Below, in pieces: positions 28,076-37,643 of a stretch of 46,464 nt of DNA. Source of the stretch: Candidatus Sericytochromatia bacterium. GTDB lineage: Bacteria; Cyanobacteriota; Sericytochromatia; S15B-MN24; JAQBPE01. The stretch lies in assembly GCA_035285125.1 (NCBI GenBank), contig JAYKHR010000161.1, positions 1-46,464 of the forward strand. Direction: 5' to 3'. Every line of letters begins with the position of its first letter. Within the stretch, counting starts at the first letter, position 1. The notes beneath the pieces were generated by a model, which worked only from the letters and a program-made list of their open reading frames with translations, was not told where the DNA came from and made no database searches. The position numbers and the translations under genes are program-made.

Positions 28076-29524
28076 TTGTCGCCTCTCCACCGCCCCCTTG
28101 CCCTCGCGCTGGCTTGTCTGTCGCCGCTCGTGGGCGTGGCTTCGCCCGCGTGGGCGCAGCAGGGCGGCGAGCCTGACTTCGGCACCTTCGCGGACGTGCC
28201 CGTCGAGCACTGGGCCTACCTGACGGTCGAGACCCTGGTGCGGAAGTACAAGGCGATGGCCGGCTTCCCGGACAGCACCTTCCGCGGTGACCGCCCCGTC
28301 ACGCGCTACGAGCTGGCCGCGGCGCTCGAGCGCGTGCTGGACCGGATGAAGCCCGTCGCGCCCGTGGCGCCCCCACCCTCCGCCACCGATGTGGAGGCGG
28401 CCCGCGCCGTGGCGGATGCCCTCGACCTCACGGGCCTCACGGGCCGGGTCAAGGAGCTCGAGGCGGCGATCGCCAAGGCCAGCAGCACCGGACCGACCGC
28501 CGTCCGGGTTGGCGGGTCGCTGGGCGGCACCTGGATGGACAACACCCAGGACACCCTGGCGCCGTTCGCCCGCACGAACCTGGCGATCAACCTCACCTCG
28601 AGCGCGAACGGCTACGACATGGCGGCCAACATGAATGGTGCCATCGCCCCGGCCACCGTGGGGAACATGCCTGGGCCAGCCGGCGGCGGCAAGCCGCCTG
28701 AGAGCAACTGGCGCTTCGGCAACGCGCACATCTCCACCCGTCTCGCGGACACGCGCGTGCGCATGGGGCTGTTCTCGCCGGCCGGCGTATTCTACCCCGG
28801 TTCGGACAACCCGGCCGGATGGGGCGGCATCGTGGGCAATGGCTTTATCTCCCCGGACGTCAACAGCGTTCGCTGGGGAGCTCGCGCTGCCGCGCTCGCG
28901 GCTGCGCGAGCCTTTGGCCCCGTCGACGTGGCCGCTGCCATCACGCCCACGCACGTCGTGACGGGGGTGGCCTGGAAAGCCACTCCCTGGCTATCGCTGA
29001 AGGGGGCGGCCGACGTGGACCAGCCCGACTGGTGGAACGTCACGCCAAACCGGGCCACGGCCCGCAACTTCACGGCGCTGGCGGACATGGCGCTCGGTCC
29101 CGCCTTCGTCACGCTGCATGGCAACGTGGCCAAGAGCCTCCTGCAGGGCTCTGCCCAGGTCTCGTGGAGCGTGTGGCGAGACGTTCGGCTGAACGTCGGG
29201 GCCGTATATAGTGAGAGCGAGAAGGCCGTCACCGAGCTGACGCCAGGCGTCTCTCTCGTCGTGCCCGCGATGGGGCCCACGTGGCTGCCGGCCGTGACGA
29301 TCGGCCTCAAGGAGCCGCAGGTCGTCTGGGCGCAGGACCCCAAGGTGAACCTCGGCCCGGGCTCGCTGCTGGGTGAGCAGGCCGGGCTGTCCGTCGTGAC
29401 GGACTGGCAGCTCGGCGGGCTCGGCTACCCGAACGTCCGCTTCGAGTATAACCTGCAGCAGCCCGTGCTGTTCTACTCGATCTATGACGCGACCTTTGCG
29501 TTGAACGTGAACCGGGGGTTCTGA
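28076..29524 (+). CDS. SLH-domain outer-membrane protein (SLH + coiled coil + probable beta-barrel)
   Basis: Signal peptide, FADVPVEHWAY...GFPDSTFRGDRPVTRYELA, RVKELE, C-terminal Phe. Confidence 0.8.
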   Translation: MSPLHRPLALALACLSPLVGVASPAWAQQGGEPDFGTFADVPVEHWAYLTVETLVRKYKAMAGFPDSTFRGDRPVTRYELAAALERVLDRMKPVAPVAPPPSATDVEAARAVADALDLTGLTGRVKELEAAIAKASSTGPTAVRVGGSLGGTWMDNTQDTLAPFARTNLAINLTSSANGYDMAANMNGAIAPATVGNMPGPAGGGKPPESNWRFGNAHISTRLADTRVRMGLFSPAGVFYPGSDNPAGWGGIVGNGFISPDVNSVRWGARAAALAAARAFGPVDVAAAITPTHVVTGVAWKATPWLSLKGAADVDQPDWWNVTPNRATARNFTALADMALGPAFVTLHGNVAKSLLQGSAQVSWSVWRDVRLNVGAVYSESEKAVTELTPGVSLVVPAMGPTWLPAVTIGLKEPQVVWAQDPKVNLGPGSLLGEQAGLSVVTDWQLGGLGYPNVRFEYNLQQPVLFYSIYDATFALNVNRGF

Positions 29525-29578
29525 GCGGAGGCGGGTCCTGCCCCGTGCGCCCGATCACAACGACGGCGGCCGGCGGGG

Positions 29579-29587
29579 TGGTATTCT
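29579..29587 (+). promoter_or_regulatory. Extended -10 (TGG TATTCT) for the ExeA-like/ParB operon
   Basis: About 40 nt upstream of CAGGAG-preceded GTG 29626. Confidence 0.45.
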
Positions 29588-29625
29588 GTCACCCGAATCC
29601 CCGTCCGCTCGCTCAGGAGCCCGCC

Positions 29626-30480
29626 GTGCTCGACTTCTTCGGACTCGAAGAGTCCCCTTACATCGACGCCGTCGACGTGCGCATGCTGTACATGTCGTCG
29701 CAGCACCGCGCCACCATCGCGAAGCTGCTCTATGCGATCACCGAGCGTCAGCCGCTCGCCGTGCTCGTGGGGCCCTTCGGCACGGGCAAGAGCCTCGTCC
29801 TGTCCCAACTCCACCAGGTGCTGCGGGCCGACGGCCGCTACCAGATCGTCCACATCCAGAACCCGGCGTCGTACCCCACGGAAAGCGCGCTGCTGCAGAA
29901 GGTGGCGTTGGAGCTCGGGCTGCCGCTGCGCCGCGGCAAGGGCAAGCAGATGAGCGACCTGATGGGCCACCTCATCACCCTGGCGGCCGACGACCGGCAC
30001 GTCGTGCTGATCATCGACGAGAGCCAGAACCTCGGCAAGAACGCGGGGCGCAACCACCTGGAGCTGCTGCGCGAGTTTTCGAACCTGGATGCCGGCCGCA
30101 AGCTGGTGACGAGCGTGCTCGTCGGCCAGCCCGAGCTGCTCACGCGCCTGGCGCAGAACCCCGCGCTGGAGAGCCGGGTGGCCATCCGGGCCACGCTCTC
30201 GCCGCTGGAGGCGGGCGAGACGCGCAAGCTCATCGCCCACCGGGCGGCCGTCGCGGGGCGGGAGACGCAGCTGTTCACCGACGCGGCCTGCGACCTGGTT
30301 CATGCCCTGGCGGGCGGGCTGCCCCGCCGCATCAACCAGATCTGCTGGAACGCCCTCCCCGTGGCGTTTGGCCGGGGTGAGGACACGGTCGGTGTCGAGG
30401 CCGTGCACGAGGCCGCGATGACGGGCCTGATGCTCGACCCTGTCGTCGGGGAGCCTGAACTGGAGGCCGCTCGTGGGTGA
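29626..30480 (+). CDS. ExeA/GspA-like AAA+ ATPase without peptidoglycan-binding domain
   Basis: LDFFGLEESPY, Walker A GPFGTGKS, Walker B IIDESQ, LVGQPEL, GGLPRRINQIC. Confidence 0.88.
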   Translation: MLDFFGLEESPYIDAVDVRMLYMSSQHRATIAKLLYAITERQPLAVLVGPFGTGKSLVLSQLHQVLRADGRYQIVHIQNPASYPTESALLQKVALELGLPLRRGKGKQMSDLMGHLITLAADDRHVVLIIDESQNLGKNAGRNHLELLREFSNLDAGRKLVTSVLVGQPELLTRLAQNPALESRVAIRATLSPLEAGETRKLIAHRAAVAGRETQLFTDAACDLVHALAGGLPRRINQICWNALPVAFGRGEDTVGVEAVHEAAMTGLMLDPVVGEPELEAARG

Positions 30481-31402
30481 AGGCGGGACCTGGGAGCAGC
30501 TCCTCAACGTCACCCAGGCGCGCCTCGGCGGGGCGGGCGATCGCCGCAAGCTGCCCCTCGAGAAGCTGGTCCCCAACCCGGACCAGCCGCGCAGGTTTTT
30601 CGACGCGGCCGCCCTCGACGAGCTGGCGGCCAGCATCACGGTGCATGGCCTGCTGCAGCCCATCCTGGTGCGCCCGCACCCCCGCGAGGCAGGGCGCTGG
30701 CAGATTGTCGCCGGTGAGCGGCGCTGGCTCGCGGCCGGTGCGGCGGGGCTGGTCGAGGTGCCGGTCGTCGTGCGCGAGCTCGACGACCGCACGGCCCTCG
30801 AACTCGGCCTGGTCGAGAACGTGCTGCGCGAGGACATCACGCCGCTGGAGGAGGCCCGCGCCCTCAAGGGGCTGCTGGACGCCACCGGCTGGTCGTACAC
30901 CCAGCTCGGCGAGCGGCTCGGCAAGAACAAGGCCTGGGTTGATCACCGCGTGCGCCTGTTGAAGATGCCCACCGTCGTGCAAGAGGCGCTGGAGCGGCAG
31001 GTTGCCACGCCCGAGGGCAAGTTGCTGCGGCCGTTCTCGCCCCGGCATGCCGGGGTGGTCGTGCAGGCGCCGGAGGCCGAGCAGACGACCCTGATCGAGG
31101 CGGTCATCGCGGACGGGCTCTCCGTGGCTGAACTCGACCGACGTTTGAAGGCGATGCAGGCCCCAAGCACGCCACAGGACTTGGCTGCCAACGGATGCGA
31201 GGTTGCTCCGGAGCCGATGGCGGGCGTCCCGGCGCGTCGCAGGGGGCGCCAGAGGGCTGCTGCCCGAGCGCCTCGGGTCGCGATCGCCAACTTGCGTGTC
31301 CACACCCTGCTGGCGGCCGCGGCGGCCGGTGACGGCATGGTCGGGGTGCAGGAACTCCTCGCGGCCATGGAGGCCGATCGCTCGAACCTTGTGAAGGCCT
31401 GA
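30473..31402 (+). CDS. ParB/Spo0J-family CTP-binding HTH protein
   Basis: NPDQPR, GLLQPILVR, AGERRWLA, ENVLREDI, HTH; overlaps the ATPase stop by 8 nt; GGAGG RBS. Confidence 0.9.
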   Translation: MGEGGTWEQLLNVTQARLGGAGDRRKLPLEKLVPNPDQPRRFFDAAALDELAASITVHGLLQPILVRPHPREAGRWQIVAGERRWLAAGAAGLVEVPVVVRELDDRTALELGLVENVLREDITPLEEARALKGLLDATGWSYTQLGERLGKNKAWVDHRVRLLKMPTVVQEALERQVATPEGKLLRPFSPRHAGVVVQAPEAEQTTLIEAVIADGLSVAELDRRLKAMQAPSTPQDLAANGCEVAPEPMAGVPARRRGRQRAAARAPRVAIANLRVHTLLAAAAAGDGMVGVQELLAAMEADRSNLVKA

Positions 31403-31423
31403 CGGCACAGGCGTTGTGAGCCT

Positions 31424-33538
31424 TCAGGGCTCCCTCTCGCTGCGGCCTAGCAGCACGGTTGGTGTTCCAACACATGTGACCAGCAGGGTGTCACGGGCCC
31501 GTGACGCCGCCGCGTAAAGCAGGCGCCGGTGACGGTTCAGTTCCTCCTTGCCGAGGGCAGCCCCTGCCGCCCGGGGCGGGAACGAAGCGTTGTCCAACCC
31601 TGCCAGCACGACACCCTTGAACTCGAGCCCCTTCGCTCGGCGCATCGAGCACAGGTGAACGGCGTCTTCGGCGGGTTCCTCGTTCCCGAGCACCACACTC
31701 GGGATGCCCGCTGCGGCCAGGGCATCCCGGTAGGTCCTCAGGGCGTCTCGGTGCTGAGCCATCACGCAGATGGCCCGTCGCTCGCAGTGGCGTGATTGCT
31801 CGGCCACCCAGGACACGATGTGGGCCGTCTCTGCGTCTTTGGAAGCGAACGCCATCACCTCCGGTTGGGGGCCGTCGCGCAGGGGCTTGTAGCCTCCGAG
31901 CGAGCCGAAGCCGCCGTGGAGATCCGCCACCGCGTGTCCGGCGAGGCTGCGCACCGCCCAGCGTTGGATGGCGAGGGTGGTGCGGTAGTTGAGGCGCAGC
32001 TGAAAGGTTCGGCCGACGACGTCGATGCCGCAGGCGCGAAGGTCTGCGCTGCGCGGGAAGATGCGCTGGTGAGGGTCACCGGCGATGAACAGGTCGTTTG
32101 GGGCGGGCGGCACGATCTGGCGAATGATACGCCACTCGATGGCACCCATATCCTGCGCCTCGTCCACAAGCACCGCTCGGTACGGGAACAGGTGTCGGAG
32201 AGCTGGTAGCAGATTCAACACCTCGACCAGCTGGGTCTGATGGTCGCGCCCACCGAGGGCTCGAAGCGCCGTGCGATAGGCCTCGAAGCCGCGCCAGAGG
32301 CTCTCGCGATCTTTGGCCGTCAAGGTGTCCGAGCGCTCGACCCGTGGGGAGGCCATGTACTCGTCGAGCGTCGTGATGCTCTCGGCCTGGATGACGCCCT
32401 CCCATTCTTCCCGCATGTAGGCCACGTCGAAGGTCGATGGCGCCGAGGCCGCCTGGCCCTGGCTCCAGCAGGACTCCTCCTCGCTCCTCCGAGGGTAAAG
32501 GTACGTGCGGCCCAGGCCTCGGGTCAGATCCCTGGCCCACTGATGCAGGTGCAGCACCTGGATGCGGTGCCGCTCCGGACCGCAGATGGCATCGAGTCCA
32601 TCCGAAATGAGCCCCGCCAACGTCTTGGTGTAAGTCAGCACCAGGATCCGCGCATCGGGGTCCGGGAAGGTGCGAGATGCCAGGTGGCGCGCCCGGTGCA
32701 TCAGCACGACGGTCTTCCCCGTGCCAGCTCCGCCCGTCAGGTAGGCGGGGCCGCTGAAGTTACGCTCCACCAACTCCCGCTGAGATGGATGCAGGAAGGT
32801 CCTCCACGCCGCGATGGTGCCACCCAGAATCGCCTCCAAGGCTTCGTCGTCCGTCAGCAACTGAAAGCGCCGCCGGCTGTCTGGGTGCCGCAGGGCGGCG
32901 GCGTAGTCATCGGGATCGATGACCAGCGCCGGGGCCTGGCGGCTTTCGAGCACCTCGTCCAGGGGAAAACCGAGGGAGAGCAGGGTCAGAGCCTCGTAAG
33001 CCTCGGCGGGCAGGCGCCCCCGGATGGCCTCCAGCGCAGCCGCATTGTCCATAGCTCGCACGAGGGGCAAGGTGGCTTCCGGCACGCCCAAGTTCGACAG
33101 CGTCTCGTCGTCGAGTGCCACAAACAGTGGCGGGGCAGCCGATTCCACGGCCTTGGCTCGCGGCTCGTGACGGGGGGCGCCTGCCTCCAGCGAAGTCACC
33201 TCGAACAGCTGTAGCGCGCCCGTTTGCGGGTGGATGGCTGCACGGCGGCGGCGCGCCCACGTGTAGGCGTCGTCGTGGTGATCGACCCACAGCAAGATGT
33301 AAACGTTGCCAGCCTCAGGGGCAAGCAAGATGCACCGGAAATCGTCGTTTACCCTCGCGGAGCGCATCTTGGGGTCCGCCGCCTGGTTGATACGTTCGTA
33401 GTTGATGCCAGGCGCTTTCGGGTTCGCCCGGAACTCTCTGATGAACGCCTTGACCCTCCGCTGGTCGTTGCGCGGAAGGGCAAGCAGCGCGTCGAAGAAT
33501 TCCTCGGAGATGGCGACGGTGATCGTGGGCGGTGGCAA
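31424..33538 (-). CDS. SF1 (UvrD-like) helicase with N-terminal RelE/ParE-like domain
   Basis: GGAGTGKT, LTYTKTL, VDEAQD, AGDPHQRI, NYRTT, AKGLEF, SRARD; TTG start with GGAGG RBS. Confidence 0.85.
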   Translation of the reverse strand: MPPPTITVAISEEFFDALLALPRNDQRRVKAFIREFRANPKAPGINYERINQAADPKMRSARVNDDFRCILLAPEAGNVYILLWVDHHDDAYTWARRRRAAIHPQTGALQLFEVTSLEAGAPRHEPRAKAVESAAPPLFVALDDETLSNLGVPEATLPLVRAMDNAAALEAIRGRLPAEAYEALTLLSLGFPLDEVLESRQAPALVIDPDDYAAALRHPDSRRRFQLLTDDEALEAILGGTIAAWRTFLHPSQRELVERNFSGPAYLTGGAGTGKTVVLMHRARHLASRTFPDPDARILVLTYTKTLAGLISDGLDAICGPERHRIQVLHLHQWARDLTRGLGRTYLYPRRSEEESCWSQGQAASAPSTFDVAYMREEWEGVIQAESITTLDEYMASPRVERSDTLTAKDRESLWRGFEAYRTALRALGGRDHQTQLVEVLNLLPALRHLFPYRAVLVDEAQDMGAIEWRIIRQIVPPAPNDLFIAGDPHQRIFPRSADLRACGIDVVGRTFQLRLNYRTTLAIQRWAVRSLAGHAVADLHGGFGSLGGYKPLRDGPQPEVMAFASKDAETAHIVSWVAEQSRHCERRAICVMAQHRDALRTYRDALAAAGIPSVVLGNEEPAEDAVHLCSMRRAKGLEFKGVVLAGLDNASFPPRAAGAALGKEELNRHRRLLYAAASRARDTLLVTCVGTPTVLLGRSEREP

Positions 33539-33696
33539 CAGCGAGGCCTCCGGGCGGATCGGTGCCGAGGTCTCGCGTGTGACCCCGGTGCCAATCGTGT
33601 TCCCTGTTGCTGGACTGCCCACACGTCTTCCCGCGCTGATGGCCCGGGGGCTTCGCAGGCTGGCTGAGCCCCCAGGCGGCTCCCGCCCCAGAGCCA

Positions 33697-33759
33697 CACC
33701 CCTCCCCCCGGCGTGCCGGGGGGAGGGGTGCACCGTGCCACCGCCACCCGAGGGTGGCG
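33697..33759. terminator. Two hairpins downstream of etfA
   Basis: Perfect 16-bp inverted repeat 33697-33730 and CGCCACC-CGAG-GGTGGCG 33742-33759. Confidence 0.55.
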
Positions 33760-33774
33760 CAGACGAAAGCAGCG

Positions 33775-34773
33775 TCAGGCCGCGACGCCCTTCGCAGCGT
33801 TGATCTCCTTGATCATCTCGGGGATGACCTTGAACAGGTCGCCCACGATGGCGAGGTCCGCCATCTTCATGATGGGCGCCTCGGCGTCGGTGTTGATCGC
33901 GACGATGTAGCCGGCCTCTTTCATCCCGACCCAGTGCTGCACGGCGCCGGAGAGGCCCGCCGCGATGTACAGCTTGGGCTTGACCGTCACGCCCGTCTGC
34001 CCGACCTGCTCGTTGGCCGGCCGCCAGCCCGCGTCCGTGACGGCGCGAGAGGCCCCGACGGCGGCCCCGAGCGCCTTCGCGAGGTCCTCGATGATCGAGA
34101 ACTTCTCGGCACTGCCCACGCCGCGGCCGCCGCTCACGACGATCTCGGCGTCCGGCAGGCTCAGGGCGCCCGTGGCCAGGGCCTCGATGAAGCCCTTCAC
34201 CTGGGCCCTGGCTGCGGCGGCAGCGGGGTCCACCGCCACGGCCTTCACCGTGCCCGCCTTGCCCTGGCCGCTGGCGGCCTGCTCGAAGGCCTTCGGCAGG
34301 GCGACGATCAGCGCGGTGCCGCCCTCGACGGCCTGCGTGGCGAGCACGTTGCCGCCGAAGATGGGGCGCGTCACCCGCACGGCGTTGCCCTCGACGGCGA
34401 TGCCCGACACGTCCTGGGCAGCGCCCACGCCCAGCCGCGCCGCGGCGTAGGCGGCGAGGTCCCGCCCCGAGCTGGTGGCGGCGAACAGCACCACCGCGGG
34501 CTTGTGCTCGGCGATCAGGCCGGCCGCGGTGGCGCCGAAGGTCTCGGCCCGGTAGGTGCTGAGGTCTGCGTGGTCGGCCACCCATACCTCATCGGCCCCG
34601 CGGTCGCCCAGGCCCTGGCCTGCGGCGGGGGCCCCAGACCCCAGCAGCATGACGGTGACGGGCTGGCCGAGGGCCTTGCCGAGCTCGCCGGCCTTGCCGA
34701 GCAGCTCGAGCGTGGTGCCGGCGATGGTGGTCCCCACCTGATCGGCGACGACCCAGATTCCCTGGTTGCTCAT
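33775..34773 (-). CDS. etfA: Electron transfer flavoprotein alpha subunit
   Basis: VVSGGRGVG, VGASRAVTDAGW, QVGQTG, GLSGAVQH, AINTD. Confidence 0.95.
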   Translation of the reverse strand: MSNQGIWVVADQVGTTIAGTTLELLGKAGELGKALGQPVTVMLLGSGAPAAGQGLGDRGADEVWVADHADLSTYRAETFGATAAGLIAEHKPAVVLFAATSSGRDLAAYAAARLGVGAAQDVSGIAVEGNAVRVTRPIFGGNVLATQAVEGGTALIVALPKAFEQAASGQGKAGTVKAVAVDPAAAAARAQVKGFIEALATGALSLPDAEIVVSGGRGVGSAEKFSIIEDLAKALGAAVGASRAVTDAGWRPANEQVGQTGVTVKPKLYIAAGLSGAVQHWVGMKEAGYIVAINTDAEAPIMKMADLAIVGDLFKVIPEMIKEINAAKGVAA

Positions 34774-34786
34774 GGTGGCTCCCTCC

Positions 34787-35566
34787 TCAGATGAACTGGC
34801 GGCCCTTGAGGGCCAGCACGGCTTCCTTCGCGGTGTCGGTGGCCTCGCCCTCCAGGCGACGGCCTGCGCCCCTCGCCGGCGGCCCGGCGAGCGCCAGGGT
34901 CTTCACGGCCGAGGTCAGCGCGCCTGCCAGGCCGAGGTCGGCCACGCTCCACGTGTCCATCGGCTTGCTCTTGGCGCTCATGATGCCCTTGAAGGTGGGC
35001 AGGCGCGGGTTCTCCTGGAACTTTCCGATCGTGACGACGGCCGGCGTCGCGACCTCGACGGACTGCCGCCCGTGCTCGAGCAGCCGCACGGCCTCGAGGG
35101 CGCCGCCAGCCAGCTTGTGCTCCGCGACGTAGGAGACCAGGGGCCAGCCGAGCAGCCCTGCCACCTCGGCGCCAGGGTTGAAGGCCTCGCCCTGGATGCC
35201 GGGGATGCCGAAGGTCAGCACGCCGACGTCGCCGAGCTTCTCGACGACGGCCTTGAGCACCTGGGCCTGCGCGAACCCGTCGGCCTCGGCCAGGGCAGCG
35301 TCCTCGACGATGACGGCCTTGTCGGCCCCCATCGCCAGCGCCTTCTTGACCACCTCGCGGACCTTGCCGGCGTCGGCCGTCAGGCAGGCGACGACCAGCT
35401 CGACGCTGCTGTCCGCGTCCTTCAGCCGCAGCGCGGCCTCGAGGGCGAGCTCGTCGAAGGTGTACACGACGCGGGGCACGCTGCTCGTGTCGAGCGAGCC
35501 CACGCCAGGTGCCATGCGCACCTGCTCGTAGTCAGGCACGACCTTGAGAGAGACCACGACTTTCAT
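34787..35566 (-). CDS. etfB: Electron transfer flavoprotein beta subunit
   Basis: MKVVVSLKVVPD, FDELALEAALRLK, ALAMGAD, PRLPTFKGIMSAK; AAGGAG RBS. Confidence 0.92.
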   Translation of the reverse strand: MKVVVSLKVVPDYEQVRMAPGVGSLDTSSVPRVVYTFDELALEAALRLKDADSSVELVVACLTADAGKVREVVKKALAMGADKAVIVEDAALAEADGFAQAQVLKAVVEKLGDVGVLTFGIPGIQGEAFNPGAEVAGLLGWPLVSYVAEHKLAGGALEAVRLLEHGRQSVEVATPAVVTIGKFQENPRLPTFKGIMSAKSKPMDTWSVADLGLAGALTSAVKTLALAGPPARGAGRRLEGEATDTAKEAVLALKGRQFI

Positions 35567-35669
35567 CGCAAACGCTCCTTGTTTCCGGGAAAAGCCGCGC
35601 GGCGGAGGTCGCCATCGAGTCTCCGTCGGCGCGCGGACGCCTGGACCGCACGGGCGGCCCTGCGTGTTC

Positions 35670-35697
35670 ATTCTCGCATAAATATATCGAACCGCAA
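35670..35697 (-). promoter_or_regulatory. Probable etfBA promoter with AT-rich spacer
   Basis: TTGCGG-16-GAGAAT with TG extension. Confidence 0.4.
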
Positions 35698-35884
35698 TAG
35701 CGACCCACGGGGCTTGCCATCCCTCGGCCCCGGGGCCGTCCTTCGGGGCCGGCCCGACCCGCCTCCCCCGATTCGTGGTGGCGCCCACGCGCGGTGGTGG
35801 CCGCAGCGGTGGCCTCGGACGGGCTGCGGGGGCTTGGCGTTCGCAGTATGATGAGGTGTTCGCTTCGATGAGGAGGCCTTGCCG

Positions 35885-37591
35885 ATGACCGCCACGCTCG
35901 CCCCGGACACGGGCATTCCCCAGCTCCTCGCCGGCGAGAGCCGAATCCCGCTGCGGGCCCCGCGCGGGCGCGCGCTGCACTGCAAGGGCTGGGTGCAGGA
36001 GGCGGCGCTGCGGATGCTGCTGAACAACCTCGACCCCGAGGTCGCCGAGCACCCCGACGAGCTCGTCGTCTACGGCGGCACCGGGCGCGCGGCCCGCAGC
36101 TGGGAGGCCCTGCGCGCGATGGTCAAGGCGCTCCTGACGCTCGAAGATGACGAGACGCTGCTCGTCCAGTCCGGCAAGCCGGTGGGGTGCTTCCGTTCGC
36201 ACGCCGATGCCCCGCGCGTCCTGATTGCGAACTCGAACCTGGTCCCTCGCTGGGCCACGTGGGAGCACTTCCGGGCGCTGGAGGCCGAGGGCCTCATGAT
36301 GTACGGGCAGATGACGGCCGGGTCGTGGATTTACATCGGCACCCAGGGCATCCTGCAGGGCACCTACGAGACCTTCGGCGCCGTGGCCCGCAGGCACTTC
36401 GGCGGCTCGCTGCGGGGGCGCATCACGGTGACGGCGGGGCTGGGCGGGATGGGGGGCGCGCAGCCGCTCGCCGTCACGCTGAACGGCGGCGTGGTGCTGG
36501 CGATCGAGGTGGACGACACGCGCATCGCTCGTCGGCTGGAGACGGGCTACGTGCAGGAGCGCCACACCGACCTCGAGGCCGCCTGGGCCGCCGCCCAGGC
36601 CGCGGCGGCGGCCGGTGAGGCGCGCTCCATCGCCCTGCTGGGCAACGCCGCCGAGCTGCTGCCGCGCATGGTGGCGCTCGGCCTGATCCCGGACGTGGTC
36701 ACCGACCAGACCAGCGCCCACGACCTGATGACGGGCTACATCCCCGTCGGCCTCACGCTCGAGGCCGCGCACCGGCTGCGCGAGGCCGACCCGGCCGGTT
36801 ACGTCGCCGCGGTGGGGCGGGCCTGCGCCACCCACGTCGAGGCCGTGCTGGCCATGATGGACCTTGGCGCGGTGGCCTTCGACTACGGCAACAACCTGCG
36901 CCAGGTCGCCAAGGACCACGGCGTGGCGCGCGCCTTCGACTACCCTGGCTTCGTGCCCGCCTACATCCGGCCGCTCTTTTGCGAGGGCAAGGGGCCCTTC
37001 CGCTGGGCTGCGCTGTCGGGGGATCCGGCGGACATCCGGGCGATCGACGCGATGATCCTGCGGGAGTTTGCGCACGACGAGCACCTGTGCAACTGGATCC
37101 GAATGGCGGGTGAGCAGGTGCACTTCCAGGGGCTGCCCGCGCGCATCTGCTGGGTCGGCTATGGCGAGCGCGATCGCCTCGGCAAGCTGATCAACCAGCT
37201 GGTGGCCTCCGGCGAGGTCTCCGCGCCCGTCGTCATCGGCCGCGACCACCTCGACTGCGGCTCCGTGGCCTCGCCGAACCGCGAGACCGAGGCCATGAAG
37301 GACGGCACGGACGCCGTGGCCGATTGGGTCTACCTGAACGCGCTGATCAACGCCGTGGGCGGGGCCTCCTGGATCTCGCTCCACCACGGCGGCGGCGTGG
37401 GCATCGGCTACTCGCTGCACGCCGGGATGGTCATCGTGGCCGACGGCACGCCCGAGGCCGACCGCCGGCTCGGCAGGGTGCTGGTCTCGGACCCCGGCAT
37501 GGGCGTGATCCGCCACGTGGATGCCGGTTACGACGAGGCCGCCGCCACCGCGCGCGAGAAGGGCGTGCGGATCCCGATGTGGGAGGCGTGA
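35885..37591 (+). CDS. hutU: Urocanate hydratase
   Basis: [65 protein letters not shown]. Confidence 0.97.
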   Translation: MTATLAPDTGIPQLLAGESRIPLRAPRGRALHCKGWVQEAALRMLLNNLDPEVAEHPDELVVYGGTGRAARSWEALRAMVKALLTLEDDETLLVQSGKPVGCFRSHADAPRVLIANSNLVPRWATWEHFRALEAEGLMMYGQMTAGSWIYIGTQGILQGTYETFGAVARRHFGGSLRGRITVTAGLGGMGGAQPLAVTLNGGVVLAIEVDDTRIARRLETGYVQERHTDLEAAWAAAQAAAAAGEARSIALLGNAAELLPRMVALGLIPDVVTDQTSAHDLMTGYIPVGLTLEAAHRLREADPAGYVAAVGRACATHVEAVLAMMDLGAVAFDYGNNLRQVAKDHGVARAFDYPGFVPAYIRPLFCEGKGPFRWAALSGDPADIRAIDAMILREFAHDEHLCNWIRMAGEQVHFQGLPARICWVGYGERDRLGKLINQLVASGEVSAPVVIGRDHLDCGSVASPNRETEAMKDGTDAVADWVYLNALINAVGGASWISLHHGGGVGIGYSLHAGMVIVADGTPEADRRLGRVLVSDPGMGVIRHVDAGYDEAAATAREKGVRIPMWEA

Positions 37592-37611
37592 GCGCGCTCA
37601 CGATCCGACCC

Positions 37612-37639
37612 TCAAGATCGCGCAGCTGGACGCCGAATC
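37612..37639 (+). promoter_or_regulatory. sigma28-like promoter upstream of the candidate sRNA
   Basis: TCAAG-N15-GCCGAATC; the predicted start site coincides with the 5' arm of the closing stem. Confidence 0.45.
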
Positions 37640-37643
37640 AATC

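Noticed and set aside
29626..30480. Type II secretion locus or Tn7/Mu-like transposon around the ExeA-like ATPase
   Set aside because: No gsp/pil genes, transposase, TniQ or terminal repeats in the window.
29525..31520. Canonical parABS locus
   Set aside because: No ParA and no TGTTTCACGTGAAACA-like site seen here.
33539..34585. 1053-aa version of the helicase ORF, and similar N-terminal extensions of etfB, tex, paaG and paaH
   Set aside because: Extensions overlap genuine neighbouring genes in other frames; RBS-supported internal starts fit family lengths, so these are not fusions.
35567..35884. HutC operator upstream of hutU
   Set aside because: No TGTA-N2-TACA-type palindrome found.
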